DNA of 64,000 bases from Candidatus Helarchaeota archaeon (lineage in GTDB: Archaea; Asgardarchaeota; Lokiarchaeia; Helarchaeales; RDOG01): contig JAHPZH010000002.1 of the NCBI GenBank assembly GCA_019058315.1, positions 64,001 through 128,000 of the forward strand, given 5' to 3'. Shown one piece after another: positions 30,877-40,138 of the stretch. The translations under genes and the position numbers were made by a program. The first letter of the stretch is position 1. Each line of letters opens with the position of its first letter. The notes under the pieces were generated by a model. It saw only the letters and a program-made list of their open reading frames with translations, had not been told where the DNA came from and made no database searches.

Positions 30877-31530
30877 TCATTGCCATATAGCAGTTTCCCA
30901 CTCAGTTTGAGGAATTAAAAAACTTATCAATTCTGGATTGATTACCTTAAAAATAAATTCCGCTTGGGGGACGTTCTCCAATGCATAGTATTCATCGTAA
31001 AATTTATCCTTTTCCTCTTCTGGTAAATCTTTAGGCCATTCTCTCCAGGGAAAATTCTTTTCATTAATTATTTTCGTTGATTTTATATATTTATTGACTT
31101 CTTTTTTAAATTCTTCATCATTTTCTTCCATGATAATATGATATTTCTTGTTTTCTCCAACACCTTCAGTTCCATATCCAGCGACTTTAAGTCCTTTATA
31201 TGTATAATTTTCTAAATCAATCTGTTCATATTCCTCTTTGGTTATATATTTTATATAACCCATAGATAGTTTCTCCATAAATTTAAGAGTTCCATAAGAT
31301 TTAGTATTTTTAGCAAGTTCTCTAGCTTCGTTTTTTGAAATTGGTAAATTACTTTCGCGAGGAAAAAAATAATTTTCTAACATATTTCTCCAGCACTCTA
31401 CGATGATACTCATAGCAAATGTTTTCGTATTCGGAATATAATCTACATCAGGATGAATAACAAAAATTGTACATTTTACCACTGTTTGATCAATCTTATC
31501 AATTCTAATCCTGTAAAGTGCAGATCCCAT
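30877..31530 (-). CDS. Hypothetical protein
   Basis: 217-aa ORF with native composition; no motif recognised. Confidence 0.7.
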   Translation of the reverse strand: MGSALYRIRIDKIDQTVVKCTIFVIHPDVDYIPNTKTFAMSIIVECWRNMLENYFFPRESNLPISKNEARELAKNTKSYGTLKFMEKLSMGYIKYITKEEYEQIDLENYTYKGLKVAGYGTEGVGENKKYHIIMEENDEEFKKEVNKYIKSTKIINEKNFPWREWPKDLPEEEKDKFYDEYYALENVPQAEFIFKVINPELISFLIPQTEWETAIWQ

Positions 31531-31704
31531 TTTTATTCATCGGGAATTTTTTCATATAATTTATCAAAAAATTCGTTGATAGAATTCATAACATTCATTT
31601 TATTCATTAAATTCAACATGTTTAATATTTTAAAACTATTTTAATCAATTATATACAATCATTTGATTAATAATTTAAAAATATTTAATGGATAAATTGT
31701 AAAA

Positions 31705-32874
31705 ATGGATTCCCGTGATCGTGTATTAACTGCACTGGATGGAGATCAACCCGATCAAGTTCCTCTATTTGAGTTAGCAATAGATAATTCTCAAAATAAT
31801 CTAAAAACTCTTTACAATTTCATTCCAGGTATACAAAAATTAATGCAAAATAAATTTAATAATACTCTCATTCGATTTCTAGGTAAAGCAGCTGGAAAAA
31901 GGATAACTAATACACTTATAAGAAAAATAGGGATGAAAGGAGGAAAATTTGCTACACTTACATTAGTAAAAGCTGCTCGGCATTTTGGAATTGATGCAAC
32001 TACTTTAATGATTGGAATTTTATTTGCATCTAATTTTAAACTCTCAAGTAGATTTGATTATTACGTTGATGAATACGGGAGAATGGGTGCAATTAATAAG
32101 GATACCTTAACGTGGTATAAAGGCGGAATAATGACTCCAGAATTATTAGATGAATGGGGATTTCCAAAACCTCTTGAACCGAGCCGTTTAGAGCTTTATC
32201 ATGAGGGTTTAGAATTAAATAAGGATAACAAAATTATGCTTATGGCTATGCCTGGGGGAATGTTCCAACCGATTGTTGAAGGAGTTGGCTATGAGAGATT
32301 TTGTTACTATATTTATGACAAGCCATCATTTTTAAGGAAATTATTTGCACTTCAAACCAAATATCTCACAGAACTCAGTAAATATTGTATAGAAAATGGA
32401 ACAGAATGTATTGCCTTTGCGGATGATTCATGTTATAAGAGTGGGCCAATGATAAGTCCAAAACTTTTTGAAAAATGGATTTTTCCAGGATATAAGAAAA
32501 TTTGTAACGCTATACATAAAAGGGGTGGAAAAACATTACTTCATTCTGATGGCGATACCCATATGATAATAGATGGTTGGATAAAAGCAGGAATCGATGC
32601 TATTCACCCATTTGAACCACCAATGTGGGATCTCAAGGAGGCTAAAGAAAATTGGGGGGATAAAATCTGTATATGTGGAAATGTAGACTGTGGAATAGCG
32701 TTAGTTTATGGACCAAAACAAAGAATTATTGATGAGGTAAAAAGGTGTATAAATGCCGCTGCTGAAGGTGGAGGATACATGTTAAGTAGCTCTAATACAA
32801 TTCATTATGGGGTGCCGATTAAAAATTATGAAATTATGGTCGAAACTGGTAGGAAATATGGGGTTTATCGCTAA
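31705..32874 (+). CDS. UroD/MtaA family methyltransferase-like protein
   Basis: SRDRV..AL.G..PD.VP, DEYG, DD, HSDG, GGGYMLSSSN. Confidence 0.85.
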   Translation: MDSRDRVLTALDGDQPDQVPLFELAIDNSQNNLKTLYNFIPGIQKLMQNKFNNTLIRFLGKAAGKRITNTLIRKIGMKGGKFATLTLVKAARHFGIDATTLMIGILFASNFKLSSRFDYYVDEYGRMGAINKDTLTWYKGGIMTPELLDEWGFPKPLEPSRLELYHEGLELNKDNKIMLMAMPGGMFQPIVEGVGYERFCYYIYDKPSFLRKLFALQTKYLTELSKYCIENGTECIAFADDSCYKSGPMISPKLFEKWIFPGYKKICNAIHKRGGKTLLHSDGDTHMIIDGWIKAGIDAIHPFEPPMWDLKEAKENWGDKICICGNVDCGIALVYGPKQRIIDEVKRCINAAAEGGGYMLSSSNTIHYGVPIKNYEIMVETGRKYGVYR

Positions 32875-32907
32875 TTTTTTTTAACATTAAATCTCAATAA
32901 AAAATTG

Positions 32908-33150
32908 CTATAAAATTGATATTTCATTTTGTATTTCAACATCAGTAAGATAATAAGCTAAATTAGATTCAAAACATATTTTCTTCATAAATTTGATTAG
33001 TTCAAAAACATCCTCAAATTCAATAATAACTTTAGGATTTTCAAAAGCAAGATCTTCTTTTTTATATAACATTAATTTATTCCTTTCTACTTTAGGAATC
33101 AAAGTTATATTATCAACTTTAAAAATTAATGGTTCTTTCTTCAATTTCAT
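32908..33150 (-). CDS. Small hypothetical protein
   Basis: 80-aa ORF preceded by GGTGGAGAG. Confidence 0.5.
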   Translation of the reverse strand: MKLKKEPLIFKVDNITLIPKVERNKLMLYKKEDLAFENPKVIIEFEDVFELIKFMKKICFESNLAYYLTDVEIQNEISIL

Positions 33151-33266
33151 TCATTTTTTTTAACAACTCTCCACCAAGACTATTAAAAAATTGAGTAATA
33201 TTAGAATAACATATAAAAGAATCATGCAATTTTGTAGTAATTAAATTACAAATTAAGAATTAATTA

Positions 33267-33725
33267 GTGTTTAATATGGGAAAAATTATAGAAGCTAAAT
33301 GTAATTGCGGCTTCGAGCAAGAAATATTCGTGGATAGAGGCAAGGTTCCAATGGCATTATGTATATATTGCAAAAATAGTTTTAGGATAGAAGCAGAACA
33401 AGCTATTGAGAAAAAGGTAATACCTTGTCCTGATTGTGGGAAGGATGTAGCTACCTCGATATGTTTTGCACCCGCATTATGTGAAAAATGTAAAAAAATT
33501 ATCATACTTAACTATGCACAAATGCCAGTAATTTGCCCTGATTGTGGAGGAAATGCAATATTCTATAATGAATCTTCTCTTCAGAAACCAAACAAGGCAG
33601 CAGGACCAGCTATTTCATGGGGAATGGATATAGAAGGTGATTTTAAACTTCCTCAAGCAGAATACAAATGTCCAAGCTGTGGACAAATGTCTTTACAATT
33701 TAAACATGAAGGTTTTTGGGATTAA
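33267..33725 (+). CDS. Multi zinc-ribbon protein
   Basis: CxC plus five CxxC pairs (CIYC, CPDC, CEKC, CPDC, CPSC). Confidence 0.78.
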   Translation: MFNMGKIIEAKCNCGFEQEIFVDRGKVPMALCIYCKNSFRIEAEQAIEKKVIPCPDCGKDVATSICFAPALCEKCKKIIILNYAQMPVICPDCGGNAIFYNESSLQKPNKAAGPAISWGMDIEGDFKLPQAEYKCPSCGQMSLQFKHEGFWD

Positions 33726-33795
33726 AATACAATTATCAAATAATTAACATTAATAATATTTCAAAGAGAATGATAAAGAAAGGCAGATGAATTAG

Positions 33796-34635
33796 ATGAT
33801 TATATGTGATATTTGCAATGGACCGATACAAGATAAAAAACATTATATCTGTGAACATTGCGATAAAGGATTTCATTTTAAATGCGTCAAGAAGAAGAAA
33901 TACTTATTTAGAGAAGATCACGACACAAGACAGTGTAGATATTGTCATAATCCCATGATTGATATGGAAGAAGAAGAAAAATACGAGAAAAAAATGGAAA
34001 AACAACTTCAAGATGAAGAAGAAAGAAAGGTAATAGAAGAAGAAAAAGCATTAGCTATGCTGGATCGTAAAACACAACGAAAAATGCTCACCGGTGTAAG
34101 AGAATCTGTAAAAAAGAAAATGAAGGGATTAAAAAGTGGGTTTGATGCAATCCTTAATATTGAAGATTATAAAGATGATTGGACTCTCATTCATGGAAGG
34201 ATCCCTATATTAGATGATGATTTTCTATTTTTTCATCGAATTAATGAAGCTTTAAATCAGCATCCAAATTTCTTGCATTTTCAAATTAGACATTACTTAG
34301 AATCAATAGATTACATTATAGAAGATGAAGCGGTTCCATTACCACTAGAATTTGATATAGAAGGTGGAAAGATTAAAATTTTCAATTATTCAGGTTATTT
34401 AAGTGCCATTATTGAATGTAAAGGAATAAAACTTAAAGGGGCTACAAACATCTATGTAAAAGAAGAAGGCATATGTTACTATAGTAAAGATTTCGAACCC
34501 CCTTTTGTGAAAGGAAATATTCACTTTTCATTTGCTGGTTCTGTTCAAAATATGAATAAAGAAGAATTAAAATCAGATATTGAGAAATTAAATCAAAAAA
34601 TAATTGAATTTTTAAAAACTGATGTTCCCTATTAA
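33796..34635 (+). CDS. Protein with an N-terminal PHD-like (C4HC3) zinc finger, coiled coil and C-terminal alpha/beta domain
   Basis: CDIC-x11-CEHC-x4-H-x2-C-x16-CRYC. Confidence 0.75.
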   Translation: MIICDICNGPIQDKKHYICEHCDKGFHFKCVKKKKYLFREDHDTRQCRYCHNPMIDMEEEEKYEKKMEKQLQDEEERKVIEEEKALAMLDRKTQRKMLTGVRESVKKKMKGLKSGFDAILNIEDYKDDWTLIHGRIPILDDDFLFFHRINEALNQHPNFLHFQIRHYLESIDYIIEDEAVPLPLEFDIEGGKIKIFNYSGYLSAIIECKGIKLKGATNIYVKEEGICYYSKDFEPPFVKGNIHFSFAGSVQNMNKEELKSDIEKLNQKIIEFLKTDVPY

Positions 34636-34676
34636 AATAAGACATTTAGATTTGAATATTTTAAGGATGTAATTAA

Positions 34677-34973
34677 TTGAGTCATTCCTATGAATTTTGG
34701 CAAGAATTTTTAGATTTTTTTATAATCAAGGATGCAGTAGTAATGATTTGTGAACATAATAAGTTGAAAACTGTAGGAACTAAAGAGGAGTTGATAATGC
34801 GTTTATTAGACTCAATTAGTGGAGAAATTACAGTGTATAAAATAGCAAATTTATTTCCAAAAGAAGATATGAAAATATTTTCTGAAGAGAAAGAGGGGAG
34901 AGTTTCTGGAACTAGGGCTGAAATCTTACAAAGTGTTATTAATATTTTTAAAACAAACAAAGGAATGAAATAA
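34677..34973 (+). CDS. Small protein with two SAP-like (helix-extended-helix) motifs
   Basis: ICEHNKLKTVGTKEELIMRL and FSEEKEGRVSGTRAEILQSV. Confidence 0.62.
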   Translation: MSHSYEFWQEFLDFFIIKDAVVMICEHNKLKTVGTKEELIMRLLDSISGEITVYKIANLFPKEDMKIFSEEKEGRVSGTRAEILQSVINIFKTNKGMK

Positions 34974-34980
34974 TTTTAAG

Positions 34981-35487
34981 CTATTTGGAAAACCTTTTCT
35001 TTAACTCTTGTTTAAGATCCTTAATACTCGCTACAATTGTTCCCTTTGTTAAATAAATAAACTGTTCCACTTGAATATTAATGATTCCGCCAATATTTTC
35101 TGGACTTAATCTAAAATCACCTCGATATCCTAGTATAGGTCTTCGATTATTATGTTTACCACAAAAATAACCAATTTCTGCAGCAGTACCACTATCTACA
35201 TCTGAACCATCTAGAACAGCTATTAAACCATCGGCTTCATTAAGAAAATTTACATTATTCATACCTATTTCAAAATTAATTGACTGCCATGTCTTTTTGG
35301 CTACACTTACTTTTAAGCTATTTTCTTTATTTTTAAGTTCTTCTATTTTGTCTTTAGGGGAATGTTCCCAGGGATCCATTATTTCACATCCTATATCCCT
35401 CAATTCAGGTAGAAATTCTTGATAATAGAAGAATCTTCCCGCTTCTGAAAAGCCCAAAGGACTTGCTATATAGATTTTTGGAGGCAT
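34981..35487 (-). CDS. Nucleoside 2-deoxyribosyltransferase family protein
   Basis: KIYIASPLGF, DPW, DG.DVDSGTAAEIGY; real start is probably ATG at 35487 (the longer track ORF overlaps the next gene). Confidence 0.88.
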   Translation of the reverse strand: MPPKIYIASPLGFSEAGRFFYYQEFLPELRDIGCEIMDPWEHSPKDKIEELKNKENSLKVSVAKKTWQSINFEIGMNNVNFLNEADGLIAVLDGSDVDSGTAAEIGYFCGKHNNRRPILGYRGDFRLSPENIGGIINIQVEQFIYLTKGTIVASIKDLKQELKKRFSK

Positions 35488-35564
35488 AGTTTTGATTAGA
35501 ACGTAGAAACTTAAATATATTTCTGGATTAATGTTAGCTAGAAAAGGAAATAGAGATAATAGAA

Positions 35565-36527
35565 ATGGTAGATTATTTCGATGTTTTAAAAGCGTACAAA
35601 AGAATTCGAGATGTGGTAAATGAAACACCTGTTATGACCTCAAGAACGTTGGATAAATTGACTAATGCGGAAGTATATTTGAAATGTGAGAACTTTCAAA
35701 GGATCGGGGCTTTCAAAATGCGTGGGGCGTACAATACAATTTCAAAATTAAATGATGAGCAAAAAGCAAATGGAGTTATTGCTCATTCTAGTGGAAATCA
35801 TGCTCAAGCTGTTGCTTTATCTGCAAAATTACTAGGAATTAAAGCGACAATTGTAATGCCTATCACTTCTCCCAAGGTGAAAGTTGAGGCCACCAGAGAT
35901 ACGTATGGTGCGGAAGTTGTTATGTGCGAAAATACTATTGACGCTAGACATAAAAAAACGGAAGAATTGATAAAAAAATATGGATATACATTAATTCATC
36001 CATACGATAACGATGATATAATTGCAGGGGCGGGAACAGCAGCATATGAGCTTTTGAATAAAGTTGGAAATTTAGATATGGTATTTGCACCTGTTGGTGG
36101 TGGAGGGTTACTAAGTGGAACATTATTAGCTGTTAAAGGAGATAACCCTGAAATTGAAGTATATGCCGTTGAACCTAAAAATGTTGATGATGCATATAGA
36201 TCTCTCATATCTGGAAAAATCGAAAAAAATATCACAATAAATTCTATTGCAGATGGATTATTAACAAATCTAAGTGAAAGAACGTTTAAAATCATACAAG
36301 AGAACGTTGATAAGATAATTACTGTATCTGAAGAAGAAATTGTAAATGCAATGCAGTTTCTATGGGAACGGATGAAACTTGTTGTAGAACCATCTGGAGC
36401 ATGTTCCCTTGCGGGAGTTCTGTCAAAACAAATTCCTGTTGAAAATAAGAAAATTGGGGTTATAATTAGTGGAGGAAATATTGATCTAAAAGATTTTTTT
36501 AATCTTATTCGAAAAAAAATTAAATAA
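35565..36527 (+). CDS. PLP-dependent threonine/serine dehydratase (serine racemase-like, no regulatory domain)
   Basis: KCENFQRIGAFKMRGA, SSGNHAQ, PVGGGGL, EPSGA, SGGN. Confidence 0.93.
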   Translation: MVDYFDVLKAYKRIRDVVNETPVMTSRTLDKLTNAEVYLKCENFQRIGAFKMRGAYNTISKLNDEQKANGVIAHSSGNHAQAVALSAKLLGIKATIVMPITSPKVKVEATRDTYGAEVVMCENTIDARHKKTEELIKKYGYTLIHPYDNDDIIAGAGTAAYELLNKVGNLDMVFAPVGGGGLLSGTLLAVKGDNPEIEVYAVEPKNVDDAYRSLISGKIEKNITINSIADGLLTNLSERTFKIIQENVDKIITVSEEEIVNAMQFLWERMKLVVEPSGACSLAGVLSKQIPVENKKIGVIISGGNIDLKDFFNLIRKKIK

Positions 36528-36537
36528 TAATATCGAT

Positions 36538-36711
36538 TTAAGTTTTTGGTCTTTTTATTTTAATTGAACAATCATCAGTAGCACACCCAGTACCAAATTT
36601 AGTCCCAAATTTTTCTTTCTGACATTTAGGACATATATATTTTCCGTGATATTCCCCATCTCCTTCAAAAATAAAGGATGTTTTAGTGCTACAAAAAATA
36701 CATTTTTCCAT
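36538..36711 (-). CDS. 57-aa zinc-finger microprotein missed by the ORF track
   Basis: MEKCIFCSTKTSFIFEGDGEYHGKYICPKCQKEKFGTKFGTGCATDDCSIKIKRPKT; fills the intergenic gap. Confidence 0.68.
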   Translation of the reverse strand: MEKCIFCSTKTSFIFEGDGEYHGKYICPKCQKEKFGTKFGTGCATDDCSIKIKRPKT

Positions 36712-36769
36712 ATTTTATTAAAAAGTAAATAAATTATATAACTCATATTATTCAAAAAGGTGAATTTTT

Positions 36770-37273
36770 ATGAGTGATAAAATTAATATTAAGCTTGAAA
36801 AGAGTAATACTATGCGTGCTGCATTCTTTTATGAATTTTCTAAAGCTCCTGAAGAAGATTCTTGGAAGAAGGCATATGTTTGGGCAGAAAAAAAGGGACT
36901 ACTTAAGAAATATAAAGAAACAAGGATTTTTGGAAAGAATATTTACCCAACAGAAAATCCAGAACCCCATGGTTATGGTTTTTATGTAACCATTACTCCG
37001 GATATTAAGTTTGAGAGTAATATAATAGTTCGTTTGATACCAGGAGGGCTTTATGCAGTAGTTAGATGTGAGGGATTTGAGCAAATGGGATTAGCTTGGC
37101 CTATGTTGTGGGATTGGGTTAAAAATAGTGAATATGAATATATAGGCGAAACCAAGGAAGAATATGGCTATGAATTAGGTCTTGAAGAACACATTAATTG
37201 GTATGCTACACTAGTAGAAAAAAGTGAAAATAATTATATTTTTAATCTTATGATTCAATTGTGGGAAAAATAA
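36770..37273 (+). CDS. GyrI-like small-molecule-binding protein
   Basis: PE..SW.....WA...GL, IPGGLYAV, W..L..W...S.Y, LEE. Confidence 0.82.
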   Translation: MSDKINIKLEKSNTMRAAFFYEFSKAPEEDSWKKAYVWAEKKGLLKKYKETRIFGKNIYPTENPEPHGYGFYVTITPDIKFESNIIVRLIPGGLYAVVRCEGFEQMGLAWPMLWDWVKNSEYEYIGETKEEYGYELGLEEHINWYATLVEKSENNYIFNLMIQLWEK

Positions 37274-37332
37274 AAAATATGAAGCATCATTTATGAAAAA
37301 TTAAAAGACTTACTGAATTTATTGGTGTTAGG

Positions 37333-38415
37333 ATGTATTTTGGTCCAATCCCTCTATTGATGATATTTCTTGGATACATTTCCGTAGTTCCAGTATTTAT
37401 TGGGAGTTTAATAAGTTTTTACCAATTTTTTAAGACAAATGAACGCTTTATTATCTTTCAAGGGGTGGGCTATTTATTTTGGGCGTTGTTTTTATTATTC
37501 ACGGCATATTCCTTTCAAATTAAATTAAGTTCTTCATTACAAACAGCATTCAGCTTATTAGTTGTAGCAGAATATTGTGCGATTCTATTTGTAGACTCGA
37601 TTTCACGTGAATCCTTTGATATAAGAAAATTTGTTGTTCTCACTTTTGTCTCAGGTGTTTTTTTAGTATCAATTTTTTCATCTAATTCGATGATATTTGT
37701 TACTTCGGGATATGGTGAGGATTTTCTTGATGTTAGCGAACTGGCATTTTTAAGCTTCTTTTTTCTGTTAATGATAGGAACATGTATTTTATTCTATTTT
37801 TCTGTGATGCTGGTTAGAAAGGCTCCTAAAAATCTAAGATTTCATATTTTTATTGCATTTATTGGAAATTTAATAGGTGTAGTTTTAGCCTCGATCAGTT
37901 TAGGGCTTGGTTTTGATAAAATATTTCCTGGTATATCATTTCTTCTTGTTGGTTTTGGGCAATTAATAGTAGCAATTGTATTTGCTGCTCAACCAAAACT
38001 ATCTTATGTTCTACCTTTCAAAGCTTCAAGCCTAACTATTGTTGAAACTACTGGTGGTATTCCAATTTTTTCTTATAAATGGGTTAAAAAAGAGGAAATG
38101 GATGAAGGACTATTTTCTGGAATAATTCATGCGATAACTCAAATTTTAAATGAATCCGTTAAAGCAGGAAATATTAATGAAATTTCTTTGGATGAGGCTA
38201 TTCTAATTGTAAGGAGAAGTAGAAAATATCCAATAGCTTGTATACTAGTTTCAACAAAATCTTCAAAATCTCTCCGTCAAGCACTGAACTCGTTCGCCGA
38301 ACGGTTCTTCAAGGATTTTGCACCTAATTTTGCAAACCCAAATGAAATGGAGCAATTTTCTCCTGCTACTAAATTGGTCGCAGAATATTTTCCATTCGTT
38401 CCTGAATATGATTAG
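37333..38415 (+). CDS. ~7-TM membrane protein fused to a C-terminal longin-like domain
   Basis: Seven hydrophobic helices, then LTIV...GGIPIFSY.W, LFSGII.AI..IL.E, I.EI.L, LRQAL..FAERF..DF. Confidence 0.72.
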   Translation: MYFGPIPLLMIFLGYISVVPVFIGSLISFYQFFKTNERFIIFQGVGYLFWALFLLFTAYSFQIKLSSSLQTAFSLLVVAEYCAILFVDSISRESFDIRKFVVLTFVSGVFLVSIFSSNSMIFVTSGYGEDFLDVSELAFLSFFFLLMIGTCILFYFSVMLVRKAPKNLRFHIFIAFIGNLIGVVLASISLGLGFDKIFPGISFLLVGFGQLIVAIVFAAQPKLSYVLPFKASSLTIVETTGGIPIFSYKWVKKEEMDEGLFSGIIHAITQILNESVKAGNINEISLDEAILIVRRSRKYPIACILVSTKSSKSLRQALNSFAERFFKDFAPNFANPNEMEQFSPATKLVAEYFPFVPEYD

Positions 38416-38476
38416 AAAATATAAGTATAATTTAATATTTAATTGTTTTAATTGGAATGTACTAATCTAATAGGAG

Positions 38477-38803
38477 TTGAAAAAATTAGCTGATATAATC
38501 TTTAAAGGGATATTAAATGGAATTGTAGTTTCATCTGTTACACAATTAATAGGACATCCTGGTGTGAATTTAATTTTTAGAATGAGATTAAATGATGTAA
38601 TTGAAGGTATACCCGAAGAAATTGCAGTAAGTTTCTCTTCATCTAGACACTATTATGAACTTTTAAGTTTAGGTATAGAAAAAAACGATATAGTACAAGT
38701 TAGTGGAAAAATAAGAAAATCTCATAGTTCATTTTGGAATATAGATTCCGTGATTATGATAGCTGAGCACGTATTAAACGAAACAAAAAAAATTGGATAT
38801 TAA
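38477..38803 (+). CDS. Small hypothetical protein, possible OB fold
   Basis: IEKND.V.V.GK beta pattern. Confidence 0.55.
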   Translation: MKKLADIIFKGILNGIVVSSVTQLIGHPGVNLIFRMRLNDVIEGIPEEIAVSFSSSRHYYELLSLGIEKNDIVQVSGKIRKSHSSFWNIDSVIMIAEHVLNETKKIGY

Positions 38804-38836
38804 AACTTGGGATTCTTCAAATTTCATCTTTATTTC

Positions 38837-39379
38837 CTAGTGTATAGCTAGTATAGCTAAAATTAAATAAATTAAAGTAGGATCCAAAATAGGAGAACTC
38901 ACTAATAATACTAAAAATACTTGAATAACAAAAGAGATTATACAACAAAAAATTAGTCTATAATTTATCCTGAAAATTCTAATTTTAGCGTTTATGTTTA
39001 TTTCGAATTTTTTTAATATTGATAAGCCAATTTCATTAAAATCTCTTATCTTGTTTGCAATACTATCTTTATCTGTTAATATAAATTTCTCAACATTATA
39101 TGATTCGTATTGTTTTAAACCAATTGAATACAAACCAATAATTATAGGGATAAGAAAACAAAATAGATTAATTATAATCGAAAAAAATAAAATTTCACTG
39201 ATCTCATATCGATTTAAAAAAAAACTAACGATAAATGTGGCAGCAGTTAAAAAAATTCCCGCAAAATTAATTATACTTACGTTCTTATTCTCTATGTTTT
39301 GGTCTCGAGTTCGTTCATAATCGTTAACAATCTTAATTAACTCGGAATAAAATTGATCTTTTTGAATTTCTTCTGCCAT
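38837..39379 (-). CDS. Hypothetical membrane protein (3-4 TM)
   Basis: Hydrophobic segments. Confidence 0.6.
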   Translation of the reverse strand: MAEEIQKDQFYSELIKIVNDYERTRDQNIENKNVSIINFAGIFLTAATFIVSFFLNRYEISEILFFSIIINLFCFLIPIIIGLYSIGLKQYESYNVEKFILTDKDSIANKIRDFNEIGLSILKKFEININAKIRIFRINYRLIFCCIISFVIQVFLVLLVSSPILDPTLIYLILAILAIH

Positions 39380-39550
39380 ATTTTAATTCCTAACTTTTTC
39401 ATTTTTAAATTATAGGATTTACATATTCTTTAGAAAAATTCGAAAAATGGAATAGATATTAATCTAGTAGATGTGAGAGTTGGATTACAAATTTTTTTTT
39501 GAAAATTAGATTGTTTAAAAAAAAGAAAATAAAAAATATAAATTATTTTT

Positions 39551-39688
39551 GGACTCAGATTCCGCCCATATCATCAAATGCTAATCAGCAGTAAGATTTT
39601 ATCATCATTGTCACAGAATTTCGTGATAAAATCCGGCGACAATGCCTGGTAATTTCAAAAGATAAATCGATACTGCTATTAACATTTT
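39551..39688 (-). ncRNA. Box C/D sRNA (core 39551-39613) with a probable ~75-nt 5' extension
   Basis: Minus strand: C box ATGATGA (39608-39602), 13-nt guide, D' CTGA (39588-39585), C' TTGATGA (39577-39571), 12-nt guide, D CTGA (39558-39555), terminal GAC/GTC stem; TATA-like element ~39708-39715; T-rich tract downstream. Confidence 0.82.
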
Positions 39689-39810
39689 AATCACGTAAAT
39701 AAATTATTTTTAAAATATCTATAGTAATTCATAAGCTCATAATTTTAATACTTTTGCTTTCCCAATTAAATTCCTCAGAAAAGAGATATAAAAAAAAATA
39801 AGAATAGATT

Positions 39811-40017
39811 TTATTTCGGAGGTTTAGCATCTGGACGTGCTTCTGTTGCAGGTTTTCCTTCAATTCCCCAGTGTGCTTTTGGTATTTCGTTAATAATAAC
39901 TTCTACAGCATATTTAGGAATGCCAAGATTTACAAAGACATCAGTTATTCCCGCAATCACTTTTTTTATATTTTCTTCTGAAAAACCTTTCCATACATAA
40001 ATTTGAGCTAAAGGCAT
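39811..40017 (-). CDS. 4-oxalocrotonate tautomerase family protein
   Basis: MPLAQI (catalytic Pro1), IT......G.P..AV.V.I.E.....WGI.G. Confidence 0.88.
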   Translation of the reverse strand: MPLAQIYVWKGFSEENIKKVIAGITDVFVNLGIPKYAVEVIINEIPKAHWGIEGKPATEARPDAKPPK

Positions 40018-40091
40018 TGATTCCACCTTTTTAGATTAGATCATTAATTAAATTATGGGTTTTTAAATAAAAATTTGATATGACTCAATTA

Positions 40092-40115
40092 TCTCCTCAT
40101 TTGCTTTCTAGGTTA
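40092..40115. repeat. Direct repeat copy 2 (23/24 identical to 41465-41488, the pre-23S trailer)
   Basis: TCTCCTCATTTGCTTTCTAGGTTA versus TCTCCTCATTTGCTGTCTAGGTTA. Confidence 0.88.
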
Positions 40116-40138
40116 GTATAAATCGAAGCGAGTTAAAC

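Noticed and set aside
39600-39685. Minus-strand mini-ORF MLIAV...EIL-TGA-Q-TGA-TGA as a selenopeptide
   Set aside because: The TGAs are the box C motif and flanking stem of the sRNA
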